From an uncultured Bacilli bacterium (GTDB taxonomy: Bacteria; Bacillota_I; Bacilli_A; RF39; UBA660), in assembly GCA_910586195.1 (NCBI GenBank), contig CAJUHO010000004.1:9295-73294 (forward strand): DNA of 64,000 bases. Direction: 5' to 3'. Each line of letters begins with the position of its first letter. The stretch's first letter is position 1. The position numbers were made by a program, and so were the translations under genes. Shown here in pieces: positions 61,717-64,000 of the stretch. Below the pieces are notes generated by a model that saw only the letters and a list, made by a program, of their open reading frames with translations, was not told the origin of the DNA and made no database searches.

Positions 61717-62439
61717 ATGAGGGTAGAGAGTAGGGATGCTATGGAAACTAAGACAAGAATTATCACGATTTCCACAATCGCCTTTTTAGGCGTTGTTTGT
61801 ATTACAAGTGGCATCGTTATGCCCCTAGTCATCACCTTTGAACCTCAAAACACCATAAAATTTACGATTACTCAAAAACGTGTTGCGAAGGCTAAAACGA
61901 CAGAGATTAAACTAAAAGATATGGAAGGCGAAATTAATACTCCTTTAAGCGTTGATATTAATGATTACTTAGATTCTGACTTAGATGATAAAATACGAAA
62001 AGTGTTAAAACTAGATACTAGTGCCGTAAATGTTACACAAGCTGGAAGTTATACTTATACAATTACCTATAAAAAGAAAATTTATAATGGAACATATACC
62101 ATTAAAGAAAAACCCCTACCAACTATTGATACTATGACTTTAAAAACTCTAAAACTAACAAAAGGCGCAACTTTATCGACTGATCTTTCCACTTATATTG
62201 TGGAAAACTTACCAGAAGAAGCCAAAATCGCTATCAAATTAAATCTCGCAAATGTAAACGTAAATGCTGCTGGTTCTTATCAGTACACTGTTACTTATAA
62301 TGGCAAACTCTATACAGGAATTATTGAAATTTATGAACCACAAATTACGCTTCCATCTCCATCTCCATCACCTACAACACCTGATACTACTCAAAAGGAG
62401 GATTCTAAAGAAAATACATCCAATACGCAAACACCATAA
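61717..62439 (+). CDS. membrane-anchored/secreted protein with two tandem Ig-like repeats and a PSPSPSPTTP linker
   Basis: Internal duplication (..NVTQAGSYTYTITYKKKIYNGTYTI / ..NVNAAGSYQYTVTYNGKLYTGIIEI). Confidence 0.55.
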   Translation: MRVESRDAMETKTRIITISTIAFLGVVCITSGIVMPLVITFEPQNTIKFTITQKRVAKAKTTEIKLKDMEGEINTPLSVDINDYLDSDLDDKIRKVLKLDTSAVNVTQAGSYTYTITYKKKIYNGTYTIKEKPLPTIDTMTLKTLKLTKGATLSTDLSTYIVENLPEEAKIAIKLNLANVNVNAAGSYQYTVTYNGKLYTGIIEIYEPQITLPSPSPSPTTPDTTQKEDSKENTSNTQTP

Positions 62440-62458
62440 CTGCAAAAGCAGTTTTTTT
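62439..62458 (+). terminator. short hairpin (actgc-aaaa-gcagt) plus T7
   Basis: 5-bp stem followed by TTTTTTT. Confidence 0.45.
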
Positions 62459-62557
62459 GTATAAAACTATACTTTATGTCAATATTAAGTAAAGAAGAAA
62501 AATCAATAACTTGAAAACATTCTATATTTGTAGTAGTCTAAAATTAAGGAGGATAGA

Positions 62558-63634
62558 ATGGAAAGAAAAATTAAAGCAGTACAATATGGTACTGGTAAAA
62601 TGGCAATTTTTACTATGCGCTATATTCTAGAACATGGGGGAGAAGTCGTAGGAGCCATTGATAAAAATCCCAATATAATTGGAAAAGATATTGGTCACAT
62701 TATGGAAGGAAAAGATTTAGGCATTACTGTTGTTAGTACAGATGATGCAGAAGAGCTATTGAAACGTGTAAAACCAGATATTTGTATTATAGAAACAATG
62801 AGTCTATTAAACGATGTAAAAGACTCTTTGATGCTATGTGCAAAATTAGGAATCAACGCTATTACAACTTGCGAAGAGGCTTTTTATTCATTTAATTCAA
62901 ATCCTACAGTCTCAAAAGAAATCGATGAGTTAGCAAAACAAAATAACTGTACAATCACAGGAAGTGGCTACCAAGATATCTATTGGGGTCAATTAATTGC
63001 ATCACTTGCAGCATCTACTAATAAAATTACAAAAATCAAGGGAAGCTCTTCTTATAACGTAGAAGACTATGGAATTGCATTAGCAGAAGCACATGGAGCA
63101 GGTTTAGCATTAAATGAATTTGATGAAAAAATTGCAAGTATTGATCGCATTAGTGATGAAGAAAGAGAAAACTTAATAAACAGCAGTAATTACGCTCCAT
63201 CTTATATGTGGAATGTTAATGGCTGGCTAGCAGAAAAGCTAGGGTTACATATTACAAGACAAACACAAAAATGCATTCCTCAAACATATAAAGAAGACAT
63301 TGCCTCTTCTACACTAAACATGATAGTAAAAAAGGGAAATGCTACTGGGATGAGTGCCGTTGTTACAAGCGAAACCGAAGAGGGTATTCTTTTAGAGACA
63401 GAATGTATTGGAAAAGTTTATGGTCCAGATGAATTTGATAAAAACGAGTGGTCTATCATTGGAGAACCTGATACAACACTAATTATTAACAAACCACAAA
63501 CAGTAGAGTTAACTTGTGCTACAATCGTAAATAGAATTCCAGATGTAATTAATAGTAAGGCAGGATTTATTCCTACTTGTCAAATGCCAGAATTAACTCA
63601 TAAAATAAAGGACTTAAATGAATATATCCATTAA
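62558..63634 (+). CDS. DapB-N-like NAD(P)-binding dehydrogenase (amine/2,4-diaminopentanoate dehydrogenase-like family)
   Basis: N-terminal Rossmann KAVQYGTGKMA; AGGAGG RBS; 358 aa. Confidence 0.5.
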   Translation: MERKIKAVQYGTGKMAIFTMRYILEHGGEVVGAIDKNPNIIGKDIGHIMEGKDLGITVVSTDDAEELLKRVKPDICIIETMSLLNDVKDSLMLCAKLGINAITTCEEAFYSFNSNPTVSKEIDELAKQNNCTITGSGYQDIYWGQLIASLAASTNKITKIKGSSSYNVEDYGIALAEAHGAGLALNEFDEKIASIDRISDEERENLINSSNYAPSYMWNVNGWLAEKLGLHITRQTQKCIPQTYKEDIASSTLNMIVKKGNATGMSAVVTSETEEGILLETECIGKVYGPDEFDKNEWSIIGEPDTTLIINKPQTVELTCATIVNRIPDVINSKAGFIPTCQMPELTHKIKDLNEYIH

Positions 63635-63640
63635 ATAGAA

Positions 63641-63668
63641 AAAGGATTCGATAAGAATCCTTTTAATT
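63641..63668. terminator. bidirectional terminator (aaggattc-gataa-gaatcctt flanked by A-run and T-run)
   Basis: 8-bp stem between convergent genes. Confidence 0.6.
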
Positions 63669-63673
63669 TTACT

Positions 63674-64000
63674 CTAAAATAGGCCAACTATGTTTCCATT
63701 ACAATCTAAATCTATTTTCTCATAATTTGGAACGGTTGGTAAACCTGGCATAGTCATAATATTGCCTAATAATACTGTAATAAATCCTGCACCGTTATAC
63801 AAAACTAAATCTCGTACTGTAATGGTATAATCACGTGGAGAACCTAACTTTTTCGCATCATCTGATAATGAATATTGTGTCTTCGCTACACAAATCGGAA
63901 GATTAACAATATTATTGTCTTCCAAATTGGCCAAAGATTCCTTCGCCCTATCGCTATAAACAACATCCTTAGCATGATAAATTTCCTGTGCCACTTTCAA
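63674..64000 (-). CDS. fhs: formate--tetrahydrofolate ligase, C-terminal part (gene continues beyond the window)
   Basis: PICVAKTQYSLSDD...ITVRDLVLYNGAGFITVLLGNIMTMPGLP matches the conserved Fhs C-terminus. Confidence 0.85.
   Translation of the reverse strand: MKVAQEIYHAKDVVYSDRAKESLANLEDNNIVNLPICVAKTQYSLSDDAKKLGSPRDYTITVRDLVLYNGAGFITVLLGNIMTMPGLPTVPNYEKIDLDCNGNIVGLF

Noticed and set aside
1-64000. CRISPR arrays, rRNA genes, IS transposases
   Set aside because: No regularly spaced repeat-spacer arrays, rRNA-like segments or DDE/IS-type transposase motifs were seen. The iteron-like repeats at about 25 kb have irregular spacing and degenerate units, unlike CRISPR.

Overview
This window looks like a chromosomal segment of a low-GC, spore-forming Firmicute (Clostridia-like), with a large accessory/defense component. 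The housekeeping genes include SpoIID, CwlD, a SleB-like hydrolase, Fhs, Pta, a Ca-ATPase, a Bce-type RR/HK/ABC module and two YtrA-like GntR-ABC modules. The accessory content is: (1) a tRNA-Trp-flanked islet (about 1.8-7.4 kb) carrying a GIY-YIG/DUF2075 NTPase and an unusual triad of GHKL ATPase, DUF4325 (STAS-like) and a small TM protein. (2) A roughly 15.6 kb integrative element (21084..36679) inserted into and splitting a LysM-containing N-acetylmuramoyl-L-alanine amidase gene, with CTCCACC direct repeats at both junctions. It carries a large serine recombinase, an RHH+HTH regulator pair, iteron-like repeats, an SF1 helicase interrupted by an in-frame TAA, a complete type I R-M, a Fic protein and a 684-aa Mrr-cat nuclease fusion. 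(3) Directly adjacent is a second type I R-M with a PIN-like gene embedded between hsdM and hsdS, followed by a translationally coupled Abi_2-HtrA pair. No CRISPR array, rRNA or obvious IS transposase was seen. All functional calls rest on motif recognition by eye; no database search was run.
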